Positions 28,101 to 36,392 of a stretch of DNA of 63,177 nucleotides are shown here, piece by piece. A program made the translations under genes and the position numbers. Numbering within the stretch: the first letter of the stretch is position 1; each line of letters opens with the position of its first letter. Below the pieces are notes generated by a model. The model worked only from the letters and a program-made list of their open reading frames with translations. It was not told the DNA's origin and ran no database searches. The stretch lies in NCBI GenBank assembly GCA_041920275.1, contig JAYRSE010000008.1, positions 1-63,177 of the forward strand, in the 5' to 3' direction. The stretch comes from Minisyncoccota bacterium. GTDB taxonomy: Bacteria; Patescibacteriota; Minisyncoccia; Phycocordibacterales; UBA12088.

Positions 28101-28628
28101 CGGTACATGCTGCCTCCCGACCTGTTGCCGCCACGTGACGAGGGCTTTACTGTGGAGCGTGCGCTCTATGCACGCAATGGCGAGGTGGTGCGCAAAGCGA
28201 ACGTGGGTGAATTGGTGACGGGAAAGGTGACTGTCACGGTGCCGCGCGTGTCCCGTGCGGTGTCGCTCGAGAGCTTTGTACCCGCCGGCTTTGAGATCGT
28301 GAATGTGCGTTATGCGACCGAAGAGGGAAGAGATCTTGCGTTCGACGAGGACGGCAAACCCATACGGAAGCCCGACGAGCCGTGGTGGGCGTACATGGAG
28401 CCCAGGAGCGGACCGCGCGCGTTTCCAGTCACGTACGAAGAGCTTCACGACGATCGCGCATTCGTCTTTGCTGAGGAGGTGCGCCCTGGTATCTATGTCT
28501 ACGAGTACACGCTCCGTGCACTGGTACCCGGCATCTACCGACACAAGCCCGCGACCGTGAGCGAGATGTACACGCCGGAGGTCTTTGGCCGGAGCGATGC
28601 GGGTACGTTCGAGATAGTCGAGCCGTAG
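22128..28628 (+). CDS. bacterial alpha-2-macroglobulin family protein with thioester motif, TM-anchored
   Basis: 2166 aa with one N-terminal TM (LLYGLAGVAFVAVAGAGVVWYL) and repeated MG-like domains. The thioester motif YPYGCSEQ has its Cys codon at 27078-27080. I set the start at the ATG at 22128. Confidence 0.9.
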   Translation: MEEKVGIDESVQGAVSAGTVVPAAVARVRAWSLEVWSRVKAIRFSRTTLLYGLAGVAFVAVAGAGVVWYLRTFQDPAWYAYSEVYRLVPETVSASAGITISLPEEAPQATEQAITITPEISGTFVASHEERVLRFQPAEPLAVGSYYTVAFAQGDLALAADLLVVDDPHIVSILPSADAEVHEATEVSVIFNRPMVPISSRAIMDEEAVPVRLEPSVPGTWQWKSTRLLQFTPEEDLVRGTTYTVTVNEGFRSLDGVAVPGFSHSFTTRTLKHEAPPSTVRFDSPLEIVFNQEVDLSRTAAEVKLFRNGEEVEPIVSYASVEEEGKGLFGLTLFSRGGKVDKTRLWVRPKEDMHGREGFWDFGQTYDLSIPNQYPAEGDIVNEEGITWNYAIPEVLSSLAAVSKRSDHVEPMFFDPEGELVATFFEPIDLARTKLLLEGVRHVAYGTECRTTEEGRSIMDPESGTCVTQENKKELRITVDPSAYPRGKETTITFERVVSEEGLELARDPIVGTVRTVPDLVIYKTVPETSSTTAALNRFTICSNTPLARPESMRDMFRTEGYVVYPDRPWRPSYRVSWHQDSCNIGEFETSVEYGLHPERGYEFALSITDAFGARYSGDVRFTTRAVPSIYTRFHNMQKWYNVTVPGKTRLTYAVENLPAVAVQVCKVSPETMLRVLDGLALGNKFPDATLCESSRLVPIDLPDTYWVNNYFHFDIKDHVEDVRGHYILTFTHANFRDERGVQRYDHTLLSVSNLTVGEKSAQRNSWGETSARISESTARDLYWVLGANTLDPIFGAQVTSYVAGIEEEENTRGVLTRHAQGTTDSDGVARLQAVKNTRGAVVRFGGDTAVVSARTDTLMRAWGSSGELRTYLYTDRPIYRPGDSVHVRGIDRVGSDQKWQVTEGYTTTLKVIDSRGEAIHTEPLTVSRYGTFDTTVTLPADASLGGYSIQTSDNGYGWFEVEEYAPAPFKAEVTPVEAEYVAGDKAIFDLSARYYFDMPVADASVEYTVLAQDYHFDRYVDEYFSFGKGWYSCYWCGYGDSFITRGTVTLDAEGAGRVEVPLDFAMQFENPDKEGSKVYTLIARVTDRSGKQIAAQNSVIVHRGEYYLGAKVEPYVLGAGQDAKIRVKSVDTQGKPVSLDGVSLTVFRSTWESFKRREVDGGYYWHSEEVRTPVFTERVRTDKDGNASVTRSLTEPGSYVVTVERVDSKKNPIQAETSFYVWGEGDVSVRPMNNESLTVVADRPSYRSGEEATILAESPFSRGRALVTVERGDIYQHWSVPVSGGFVRQTIPLVPSYTPTVHASVLLVGPGPEVKYGSIPLQVNTDEYTLGVEATPDKRAYLPGEDVVLTVRTKDAKGAPVSAEVSLAVVDLSVLALVGNPKKDPVGFFYGGVPLGISTAHSAKNMLVEMDIPAGTKGGGGGEDLERRKRGEFKDTAHWSARVVTNEAGEATVRFTLPDNLTTWQVESLGVTPDTRLGVHYTEFTSKKRLMAIPIRPRFVVPGDTLSLGMQIMNNTDESVTVRARITSNTLTVRDAEERTVRVPAGGQEIAYFDTEAPVDYDQGSHTVTFHAVSDGTEDVVEGVIPIRSTGAYEVTATAGMTSGTSVTESVYVPSYALAGRGELTVQAQATLVGSLLSVVKHMAEYPYGCSEQIASRLASLSTITHVGALFGKDAMQMADTVVFGTTTYSLDEAVRAGLRELLGRQRYDGGFSFYVGTDASVHLTVEVLSALTVVRDAGYEVPDQVFARGAAYVVREITEEGWTLDDPDTLARVVYALSSPYVPAKERVPFVSHVEKLARDPLAMERLNTLALGYLTLATGKAPYRKEIADLFFKTLENRLVIDARGAYVKGLRDETYSWFESNEKNTALFVLAVAERGGEHVALENTLRWLKRGLRDEGGWGSTNTTASVLNAAVRLAQVRKEHTAVFDMVLTKNVTEAARYSVGPATLMGTLTHAFPLDIFARNRIERVSLRKEGEAGAGSMYYEMQLRYMLPPDLLPPRDEGFTVERALYARNGEVVRKANVGELVTGKVTVTVPRVSRAVSLESFVPAGFEIVNVRYATEEGRDLAFDEDGKPIRKPDEPWWAYMEPRSGPRAFPVTYEELHDDRAFVFAEEVRPGIYVYEYTLRALVPGIYRHKPATVSEMYTPEVFGRSDAGTFEIVEP

Positions 28629-28820
28629 TGGAATGGCTTCGGTCTTCGTCACGATTGACACCGTGCGTGCCGGAGTCGACCCGTCTTTCGGATGTCTTGT
28701 GGTCACTATCACCCCGGTGGACGATCGGGCGGTTTTCCGACACTTGACATTTCTGAAACATGCGCTATATTGTTGAGTGGTTGCACGCATATCGCGTGCT
28801 TTTGCGTGGAGAGGTCCACA

Positions 28821-29390
28821 ATGAAGAGCTTATCTTTTGCACTCGCCCTCTTGAGCGCAACCGCCGCTTCGGCGGAGGTGACAAAGGGGTCGTACGACGC
28901 GGAGACGTTCTGGGTCAACGCCGTCCAAGAGGATGGATGTATTCGGACGAGCACCTACGTGGTGCTGACGTTCGACAGGACCAAAAAGTCCTCAGTTCCC
29001 CCATCCCTCCTCGTTTCGCGGTACGTGGATGATACCTGCACGGGAGAGTATCTCCTCTCCGCGTACGGGATCCTGGAGAATCCTTGGACGACGCAGGGCG
29101 CAGGTGTATCCGTAACGGATATGGTCCAAGTCGAGGGAATGATGAGTGGTGACGCCACATACAGCATGGAAGTCCATGTAGATCTCACATGGACCGGCGC
29201 TTCCAACAAGGAACGGTGGTGGTCAAACTCCGGATACGAAGGTGCCTGCTTCGTGAGCACCTCGACCTATGACCAGACCTCGTGGGTTGCCGACGTTTCG
29301 GGCACGGTGGACGGGTTGTCTGTCGACTCTTTCCACGCAGGGAAGACGCTGTACAATTCCTCATGGAGTGAGCGGCCGAAGAAGTGCTAG
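28821..29390 (+). CDS. secreted hypothetical protein
   Basis: 189 aa with a signal peptide MKSLSFALALLSATAASA|EV and a GGAGAGG Shine-Dalgarno sequence upstream. No family was recognised. Confidence 0.6.
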   Translation: MKSLSFALALLSATAASAEVTKGSYDAETFWVNAVQEDGCIRTSTYVVLTFDRTKKSSVPPSLLVSRYVDDTCTGEYLLSAYGILENPWTTQGAGVSVTDMVQVEGMMSGDATYSMEVHVDLTWTGASNKERWWSNSGYEGACFVSTSTYDQTSWVADVSGTVDGLSVDSFHAGKTLYNSSWSERPKKC

Positions 29391-29401
29391 GCCGCAAAGG
29401 G

Positions 29402-29428
29402 AAAGCGGGTCGTTTGACCCGCTTTTTT
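29402..29428 (+). terminator. rho-independent terminator
   Basis: AAAGCGGGTC-GTTT-GACCCGCTTTTTT, 12 bp after the stop at 29390. Confidence 0.8.
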
Positions 29429-29506
29429 GCGGTCCGCTTCCCATGCGAGTGCCGCAAAGCTCGAGGTATGTGCCCAATCTGACGGCTTCATATACAAAAG
29501 CAATTT

Positions 29507-30741
29507 TTACCGATTCGTGGCGTTCTTACGCAGCTTTGCGGTCAAGACGGTATTTCGCTCCGTCAGATCGCATGTCCGCTCGATCGAATCTTCGTAAGAG
29601 CCCGTACTGAGGACCGAGAATATGACATGTCCGAGCGCATTCTCTGTGAACATGAGGAGCGGAGCGGGTTTCTCGATGTTTGGACTCTTATATACGATCG
29701 GAGCGGGCGCATCACAGTACGTGGCGAGGGCGTCTACGTGCGCTCTCCAGTACTGCGCAAAAAGCGCAACGGTCTCGTTCGGCCTGAGGTGGTAGGGTTT
29801 ATTTGCCAACAGGTACCATGGTAATGCGGTATCGCACTCATCTATCAAAACTTCGTCACATACGGCATCCCGCGCAGATCTTGGGTTGCTGTTCATTGTA
29901 AGGGTATTGCGCATGAAAACGTATTCGCTTTGGAACGCGTTCTTGAGTCCGGATGTGATGGAGTCTGCAATTTCGGAGCGTTGCAGTACTTCCGCCAATG
30001 CTTCGGATGTTTGCGCGTCCACACCTCCGGCGTCAAGCCACTTTTCGATCGTGTCGTACACCACATTGTCGATCGCGGTCGCTACCAAGATACCCAAGGT
30101 CGTGGTGTTGGGGGATGCGATGTGCTTCGCGATGCGCAAGGTACCTCGATCGCACGTGCGGTGGAGGTCGCATCATTCGCCAGTTTCGCCACGTGCGCAC
30201 GAAGGAGGGAGAGGTACGTCATGTCTCGCAGTGCCCCCAGTGGACTCAAGGTGGTGTCTGCGGAAAAGGTTGCGGGATCGCTGCTTCCGGGGTCCTGATA
30301 GTACGGCGCATCGGCGATCGCTTCGAAAAATTCGAACGCTCGGGTGTTCGTTTCGAGCAAGGTGCGCACTTGCTCCATGTCGGGATCTTGCACCAGTTCC
30401 CGAAGCGGTTCACCATGAAGGCCTGTACGATCCACCTCCGCGTTGAGTTCCTCCATGAACCTCCAGCCATTCTGCTCGATCGGCACGTTGTGTACGGCCG
30501 GAACGAGGTCGCTGTCGTCGATGGGTGGAATGTCAGATGTTATGACACCGAGCAGATAGGGAAGACAATACAGAAATGCGATGGAGACGATACCGATACC
30601 GATACCATTCCGTACAAACTTTCCGGTCCGCATACCGAGTCGCTTGTTCGTGTGCTCCTCGGGCACTTGGCCGCCCGCGGGCGCGCTCTTTTCGAGGACA
30701 GAGTTTTCGATGGCAACAAGAGGGGTGTCTTGCGGAAGCAT
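29507..30741 (-). pseudogene. membrane-anchored helical protein split into two overlapping frames (frameshifted gene or two overlapping ORFs)
   Basis: ORF 30082..30894 (TM IGIGIVSIAFLYCLPYLLGV, then a helical domain ending ...LRAHVAKLANDATSTARAIEV) decays into a P/R/S-rich tail. ORF 29507..30139, in a frame offset by one nucleotide, continues plausibly (LRIAKHIASPNTTTLGILVATAIDNVVYD...). The two frames are both open over 30082-30172. The 5' end (ATG 30741 or 30633) is uncertain. Confidence 0.5.
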
Positions 30742-30942
30742 AGGTTTTGAATTGGTTTGTACACAGTTCAGTGTATCACCGCTCATTGTAAGTTGTACAT
30801 GGGGTGTGAATTGCGGGTCGCCATCGCACGCGTTTCGGTTGATAACACAGTAGGTCACGAAACCATCGCATTGTAGAATATCCGGTATTTCCAACCCATT
30901 TAAGCCCCCGCATCTTTCCGGATCGTCCGCAAGTCATGCGAG

Positions 30943-30988
30943 CACTGTGGTCCATTTATTTGCGGCCGCAACTAAATGGACCACAGTG
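30943..30988. repeat. 46-bp near-perfect palindrome with a GCGGCCGC core
   Basis: CACTGTGGTCCATTTATTTGCGG|CCGCAACTAAATGGACCACAGTG, with 22/23 arm positions complementary. It lies in the divergent intergenic region. Confidence 0.9.
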
Positions 30989-31133
30989 CATTCGCTCGAA
31001 TGATTGTTGGTGGGTGATACTTATGCTATATTCGTGTGCGTAAGACTCGAGCAGATTGCCCTTGCTCGGGCAATAGCTCGTTTGCTCGTATGTACATTTT
31101 CAACTTCAACCAGACAATTGATGGAGGTGGCGT

Positions 31134-31475
31134 ATGCCTTTTGGTTCCCCAAACACGCCCAGTGAGTTCGATGGAACAAATAAAGGTGATTGGTTCTTCG
31201 CAGACATGTTCGGTATGTTCCACACGTGGTGGGTGATGTTAGTGTTTATCCTTGCCATCATGTGGATACTTGAGATCCTGACCGGTATTTCGCTTTTAAC
31301 GCATGTTTCGAGCATATACAACCTCATCAAGGAACGATTGGGTCCGGACTGGGCGTTTACCGTCATGTTCTTCATAACGGTAATCCCACCCTTCATACTG
31401 GTCTTCGTGCTCCGTCGAAACTTTTTCGTGATTGGAGCACGACGGCAGTTCGGGTATTTTTCTCGCTGGCCCTGA
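31134..31475 (+). CDS. small polytopic membrane protein (hypothetical)
   Basis: 113 aa with a GGAGGTGG Shine-Dalgarno sequence 5 nt upstream and 2-3 hydrophobic helices. It lies in an AT-richer patch. Confidence 0.5.
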   Translation: MPFGSPNTPSEFDGTNKGDWFFADMFGMFHTWWVMLVFILAIMWILEILTGISLLTHVSSIYNLIKERLGPDWAFTVMFFITVIPPFILVFVLRRNFFVIGARRQFGYFSRWP

Positions 31476-31632
31476 AAGCCACAAAAGTGGCAAGCACAAC
31501 CGCAAGCCCCTGGTCTAACCACCCGGGGCTCTTTTCAAACCACAACATCCCTTGTAGTTGCGTGAGTTTGAATGGATGGTTCCGCGCAATTTGCATATGC
31601 ACCGGTGTCCTTATCGAAGCGTATCGGTTTTT

Positions 31633-33699
31633 TCAAGGCACCATCGACGGTGTTTCGGTGATGTGTACGGTCACTCGTTCTTCTTCCGCATCGCTCTGTG
31701 CGGCGAGTGTGTATGTGCCAGGTCCCTTAGGGTACCACCCGCCGCGTTCTAAAGAGAGTGGCGAGCCGTTCAGGGTCCACGCCGCCTCTTTTGAAGTCGA
31801 AAGCGGTATGCGCATGCCGGATGTGTAGAGGAATGTGTCGCCGTCGTGCGGGGAGCGAATGAGCGTGTCTTCCAAAAGCAACATGCGCGCGGTCTCGACG
31901 TTGTCATCCGCAAGGCCGTACGAGTATCCCCGTTCGCTCTCGACCTGCACGATCGGGCCCATATCTATCGGTGTCGCACGGTAGTAGGGTGTGGTGTAAA
32001 GAAGCTCCATGACCTCGCGCCAGAGCGTGCCCGCACCCACCGCACCGGAGACCCCGTGCATGGGGGTGTTCTTCGCGTTGCCGACCCACACCCCCACCGC
32101 GTAGTCGCCGGTGTAGCCCACGGTCCAGCTGTCGTGATAGTTGCGTGAGGTGCCCGTTTTTACGCCGTACCCTCCGTGCGAAAGTTCCAGGTTGCCACGC
32201 ACCCCGAACTGTTCGACACCCGCGGTGCGGTCGGAAAGGATCGTGTGTACGAGCGCCACATACTCGGGGGGCGCCACGTTGTGCGTCTCGGTGACGATCG
32301 AGCGGGGAGGAACGAAATGGAACGCTGTGCCCGATGCGGTGGTGCCCGCAATAAGCGGAACGAGCGTACCTTTGTTCGCAAAGAGGGTGAAAGCGTGGGT
32401 GAGGGTAAGAAGGTCGAGTTCCAGGCCGCCGAGCGCAATGCCATACCCGTAGGAGTCCCACTCTTGCGCCGGCTTCAAGCCGAGTGCGGTGCCCAAGAAC
32501 GCGTAGGTTTCCGAGGGGGTGTTGAATCGTTCCACTTCGACCGCAGGTATGTTCAAACTGTTTCCGAGCGCCTCTTCCAGGGTCACGGTACCTCGAAAGG
32601 TGCCGTCGTAGTTCTTGGGGTAGAGCGCATAGCCGGTCCCGATGTCGAACTTGAGCTCGCGGTCCTCCACGAGCGAGTATGGGCGCAGTCCGTTCATGAA
32701 GCCCTGGAGAAACAGGAAGGGTTTGATCGTACTGCCGACCGGTCGTGTCGCGAGTGCCATGTTGATGCGCATGCCGTCGCGGTCGCTCCCGGGCGCGGGG
32801 GAGCCCACCAGTGCGAGCACTTCTCCTTCGGTCGACACGACCGCTATCGCACCGTGCGTTCCACCGTACGCTTCGGTACGTTCAAGGTGTCGAGCGAGGA
32901 GTGTGCGCAAGCGCTCGGTGAGGTCGGTATCAAGCGAGGTGCTGCAGTCGGGGCAGTCTCGCAATAGGTCGTTGAGCTCCATGCGCAAAGGAGGGGTGTG
33001 GGTACCGCGATGTGGCAGAGGGTCTGCTGTACCGAGCGTCTGTGCAAGCAAGGTGGCCCGGGCGAAGTTGCTTTCGGAGAGCGGGCGCGCCGAGTTCGGG
33101 CGGGAGAAGGCGGCGAGCAGTTGGAGCGTCTCGCTTTCGGTCAGTCGGTCGACCTCTTTGTCGAAGTACGCATGGGCGGCCGCCGGTACTCCTTGGATGT
33201 TGCCGCCGAGCGGCACCGTGTTCAGGTACATGGTCAGTATCTCATCTTTGCTGTGTCGGTACTCGAGTACGAACGCAAGGACCGTTTCGCGCAGTTTGTT
33301 CCGGAGGGTGCGCTCGCCGCTCGTGTCGAGGAGTATACGGGCGAGCTGTTGACTTACGGTGCTCGCGCCACCGCTCGGTACGCCACGCAGATGGTCGAAC
33401 AATGCGCGTGCGATACGATGGGGGTTCACTCCGGGGTGGTAAGGGAACCATCGATCCTCTTTGTCGAGCACGAGCGCTTTGAGCGGTTCCGGATATGTGG
33501 TCCGAAAGAGCGCGAGCTGCTCGCGTGCGTTCTCTCCGACGCGGACAAGCGTACCGGTTCGGTCGTAGACGACAGGTGATGCGAGCGACCGGTATGTTTC
33601 CATGGCGCGAGCGTTGGCGATGTGTGCATACCCATGCGCGGCAAGTGCCGACACTCCGAGTGTGAGCGCGAGAATGGCATTTTTTCTTAGGTGGGGCAT
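31633..33699 (-). CDS. pbpC: bifunctional penicillin-binding protein, PBP1C-like (transglycosylase + transpeptidase + C-terminal domain)
   Basis: Glycosyltransferase-51 motifs EDRWFPYHPGVN, GGASTVSQQLAR and RNKLRE. Transpeptidase motifs STIK, SLN and KTG. A C-terminal beta domain is present. I set the start at the ATG at 33699. Confidence 0.85.
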   Translation of the reverse strand: MPHLRKNAILALTLGVSALAAHGYAHIANARAMETYRSLASPVVYDRTGTLVRVGENAREQLALFRTTYPEPLKALVLDKEDRWFPYHPGVNPHRIARALFDHLRGVPSGGASTVSQQLARILLDTSGERTLRNKLRETVLAFVLEYRHSKDEILTMYLNTVPLGGNIQGVPAAAHAYFDKEVDRLTESETLQLLAAFSRPNSARPLSESNFARATLLAQTLGTADPLPHRGTHTPPLRMELNDLLRDCPDCSTSLDTDLTERLRTLLARHLERTEAYGGTHGAIAVVSTEGEVLALVGSPAPGSDRDGMRINMALATRPVGSTIKPFLFLQGFMNGLRPYSLVEDRELKFDIGTGYALYPKNYDGTFRGTVTLEEALGNSLNIPAVEVERFNTPSETYAFLGTALGLKPAQEWDSYGYGIALGGLELDLLTLTHAFTLFANKGTLVPLIAGTTASGTAFHFVPPRSIVTETHNVAPPEYVALVHTILSDRTAGVEQFGVRGNLELSHGGYGVKTGTSRNYHDSWTVGYTGDYAVGVWVGNAKNTPMHGVSGAVGAGTLWREVMELLYTTPYYRATPIDMGPIVQVESERGYSYGLADDNVETARMLLLEDTLIRSPHDGDTFLYTSGMRIPLSTSKEAAWTLNGSPLSLERGGWYPKGPGTYTLAAQSDAEEERVTVHITETPSMVP

Positions 33700-33864
33700 G
33701 TCGTTTTTCAGTATAGCTCGCGATCGCGCAAGCGTACATACACGTATACTTGCAGGAAAGGTCATTTCAGGAGTACGATGTGTGTATGTGTGGCGCATGC
33801 GCCACAGCTCGCGTGCGCGTACGTCGTGTGTACGAGATGAATTTATCAGCCAATGTAATATTCT

Positions 33865-35373
33865 ATGGTGTATCAACATAACCTATCACTCCGTCTTTTT
33901 GTCACCGCGTTGCTCCTCACCCTTTCTTGGTGCGGAATCGCGTCCGCTGAAACGCGACCGGGGGATGCGGGTGAGAACGTTCGCGTCGTTGTGAGCTTTC
34001 GTACCCCGATCGGCGGGGAAGAGCGTGCGGCCGCCCTTGGTGTGGGGGGTGTCATTCGGCACCATCTTGCGAGTGTGAACGCACTTGCGCTCACATTGCC
34101 CGCGCGTGCGGTCGAGGTGCTCAAACGCCATCCGCGGGTGCAGCTGGTCGAGCCCGATGTGCGTGTGTGGGCGCTTGAAGAGCCGAACTACGCCGCCGAG
34201 CTTTCTCACACATGGGGAGTCGAGCGTATCGGTGCCGGCACTGCGCATACGCAAGGGTACACGGGCGCGGGGGTGAAGGTCGCGGTAGTCGATACCGGTA
34301 TCGACTACACCCACCCGCAGCTCGCACCGCTCTATAAAGGTGGATACGATTTCGTGAACAATGATAGCGATCCGAAGGATGATCATGGCCATGGCACGCA
34401 TGTGGCCGGCACCATCGCCGCACTGCGTGACGGTGCGGGAGTGGTCGGTGCCGCACCATCGATCGAGCTCTATGCGCTTAAAGTGCTCGCCGCCGATGGA
34501 AGCGGGTACATGAGCGACATCATTGCCGCCATGGAGTGGGCGACCGCGCATGGGATGGCGGTCACCAACAGTAGTTTGGGTACCAGTGCCGATCCGGGTT
34601 CCGCCTTTCGTGCAGCGTACGATGCGGCAGCGGCAGCCGGGGTGACGAACGTAGCCGCCGCCGGCAATAGCTACACTCGATGTACGTCGTACTTTGTGGA
34701 CAATGTGAACTATCCCGCACGGTACGAGTCCGTGCTCGCGGTCGGTGCGGTCGATCTGAACGATGCGCGCGCCTGTTTCTCGAGTACCGGTGGCACGGTC
34801 GAGTTTGCCGCACCCGGCGTCTCGATCGTGAGTACCGTCACCGGCGGAGGGGAGGGAGCGATGAGCGGCACCTCCATGGCCTCACCGCATGTGGCTGGAG
34901 CCGCCGCTCTTCTGCGTGGCGCGGGTGCGAGTGCGGCACAGACTCGCGAGCTCCTTCGCTCGACCGCGCGCGACCTGGGGACCAAAGGGCGCGATGTGCA
35001 GTATGGCTACGGCTTGGTGCAGGTGCCCGCAGCGCTTTCCGCATTCCTTGGCGCCCCTGAGGAGCCGGTCGTGCAAAGCATGAACGTCCACTCGATCAGC
35101 TACTCGCTCGACCGCTTGCGCCGCGACCTCACGGTCACCGTTTCGGTCAAGGCGAATGGTGTCGGTCTTTCGGGTGTTTCCGTTCGCGGCACACTCGAAA
35201 ATGGGACCAGGGGCCTCAGTTGGACGCTTTCCGGCACCACCGACTCGTCGGGTCAGTACCGTGCCACATTGCGGCGTGCGCCGAGCGGTACCTACACGAC
35301 CTCCTTGTCCGCACTGGCGAGGGATGGGTACGTATGGGACGGCACCACTCCATCGAACACGTTCACCAAATAA
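33865..35373 (+). CDS. secreted subtilisin-like serine protease (S8) with propeptide and C-terminal beta domain
   Basis: Signal peptide, then an inhibitor-I9-like propeptide. The catalytic triad motifs are VAVVDTGID, HGHGTHVAGT and GTSMASPHVAGAAALL. Confidence 0.9.
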   Translation: MVYQHNLSLRLFVTALLLTLSWCGIASAETRPGDAGENVRVVVSFRTPIGGEERAAALGVGGVIRHHLASVNALALTLPARAVEVLKRHPRVQLVEPDVRVWALEEPNYAAELSHTWGVERIGAGTAHTQGYTGAGVKVAVVDTGIDYTHPQLAPLYKGGYDFVNNDSDPKDDHGHGTHVAGTIAALRDGAGVVGAAPSIELYALKVLAADGSGYMSDIIAAMEWATAHGMAVTNSSLGTSADPGSAFRAAYDAAAAAGVTNVAAAGNSYTRCTSYFVDNVNYPARYESVLAVGAVDLNDARACFSSTGGTVEFAAPGVSIVSTVTGGGEGAMSGTSMASPHVAGAAALLRGAGASAAQTRELLRSTARDLGTKGRDVQYGYGLVQVPAALSAFLGAPEEPVVQSMNVHSISYSLDRLRRDLTVTVSVKANGVGLSGVSVRGTLENGTRGLSWTLSGTTDSSGQYRATLRRAPSGTYTTSLSALARDGYVWDGTTPSNTFTK

Positions 35374-35381
35374 ACACTGCC

Positions 35382-35411
35382 AAAAACACCCGCGCAAGCG
35401 GGTGTTTTTTT
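35382..35411 (+). terminator. rho-independent terminator
   Basis: AAAAACACCCGC-GCAA-GCGGGTGTTTTTTT, directly after the protease stop. Confidence 0.85.
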
Positions 35412-35471
35412 GTCACCACTCTCGAGGGCGAAGTCGCGCCTCTCGAATTGATGTGTGTGGAGCAAAAGTGC

Positions 35472-35500
35472 TTGACTGTATAGCAAAACAATGCTATAAT
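35472..35500 (+). promoter_or_regulatory. near-consensus sigma70-type promoter
   Basis: TTGACT - 17 nt - TATAAT, about 120 bp upstream of the first glycosyltransferase gene. Confidence 0.65.
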
Positions 35501-35620
35501 ATAACAATCTGGCTGTTATTTCCGTGTTCTGATACACGTTTCTCCGCTCTGATAAGGTGGAATTAACCGGGTTTTGACAACCTTGTGCAAGCGCATGCGT
35601 GCGCGTATTGTGCGAACCGT

Positions 35621-36385
35621 ATGACGAAAGAATTCAAAAAGATCACCATACTCATACCATGCCGCAATGAGGCGGAAGGTATCGTGCGTGTCCTCCGTGC
35701 ACTTCCGCATGAACGTGCTCGACGCGTCGGGTTCCTTCTCGATCCGGTGGTGATCGACAACAACTCGACCGACCACACCGCAGCGATCGCTCGTGCCCTG
35801 GGTGCTCGTGTTCTCCGCGAAGTGGAACCCGGAAAGGGTCATGCTATGCGATGCGGTTTCGGGAATATTCCGGAAGATGCCGATTACGTTGTTATGATCG
35901 ATGGTGACGGCACGTACGATGCCGGTGAGATCATGCGTCTGGTGGAGCCGCTCGAATGTGGTTTTGCTGATGTGATCATCGGTTCTCGACTGGCGGGAAA
36001 GATAGAGCATGACGCGATGTCGCTTTTGAACCGCCTCGGGAACTGGTCCTTTTCCTTTTTGGTGCGCACGGTCTACCGTGCAAATGTGACCGACGTGTTA
36101 ACCGGATACTATGCGTGGAGCAGGGAAGCGATATTGGACCTTCGTCCGCACATCACCGTGCGGGATTTCGGTATCGAGATGGACATGGTCACGAAAATGG
36201 CACGACTTGGCAAAAGGGTCTACTGCGTGCCGATCCGGTACGCGGCAAGGTCGGGAGATTCGCACCTGCGACCATTTGCGGACGGTGTGCGCATACTGCG
36301 TGTCTTTCTGCGTAACATCACCTGGCGCCCCGCTCGAGAGTTCGGGGAGACAAGAACGGACGATCGTTTGATGGTCGCTCGCTGA
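35621..36385 (+). CDS. family 2 glycosyltransferase (polyprenyl-phosphate sugar synthase-like)
   Basis: ITILIPCRNEAEGI, VVIDNNSTDHT and VVMIDGDGTYD (DxD) give a GT-A fold. Confidence 0.85.
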   Translation: MTKEFKKITILIPCRNEAEGIVRVLRALPHERARRVGFLLDPVVIDNNSTDHTAAIARALGARVLREVEPGKGHAMRCGFGNIPEDADYVVMIDGDGTYDAGEIMRLVEPLECGFADVIIGSRLAGKIEHDAMSLLNRLGNWSFSFLVRTVYRANVTDVLTGYYAWSREAILDLRPHITVRDFGIEMDMVTKMARLGKRVYCVPIRYAARSGDSHLRPFADGVRILRVFLRNITWRPAREFGETRTDDRLMVAR

Positions 36386-36392
36386 ATGGCAT

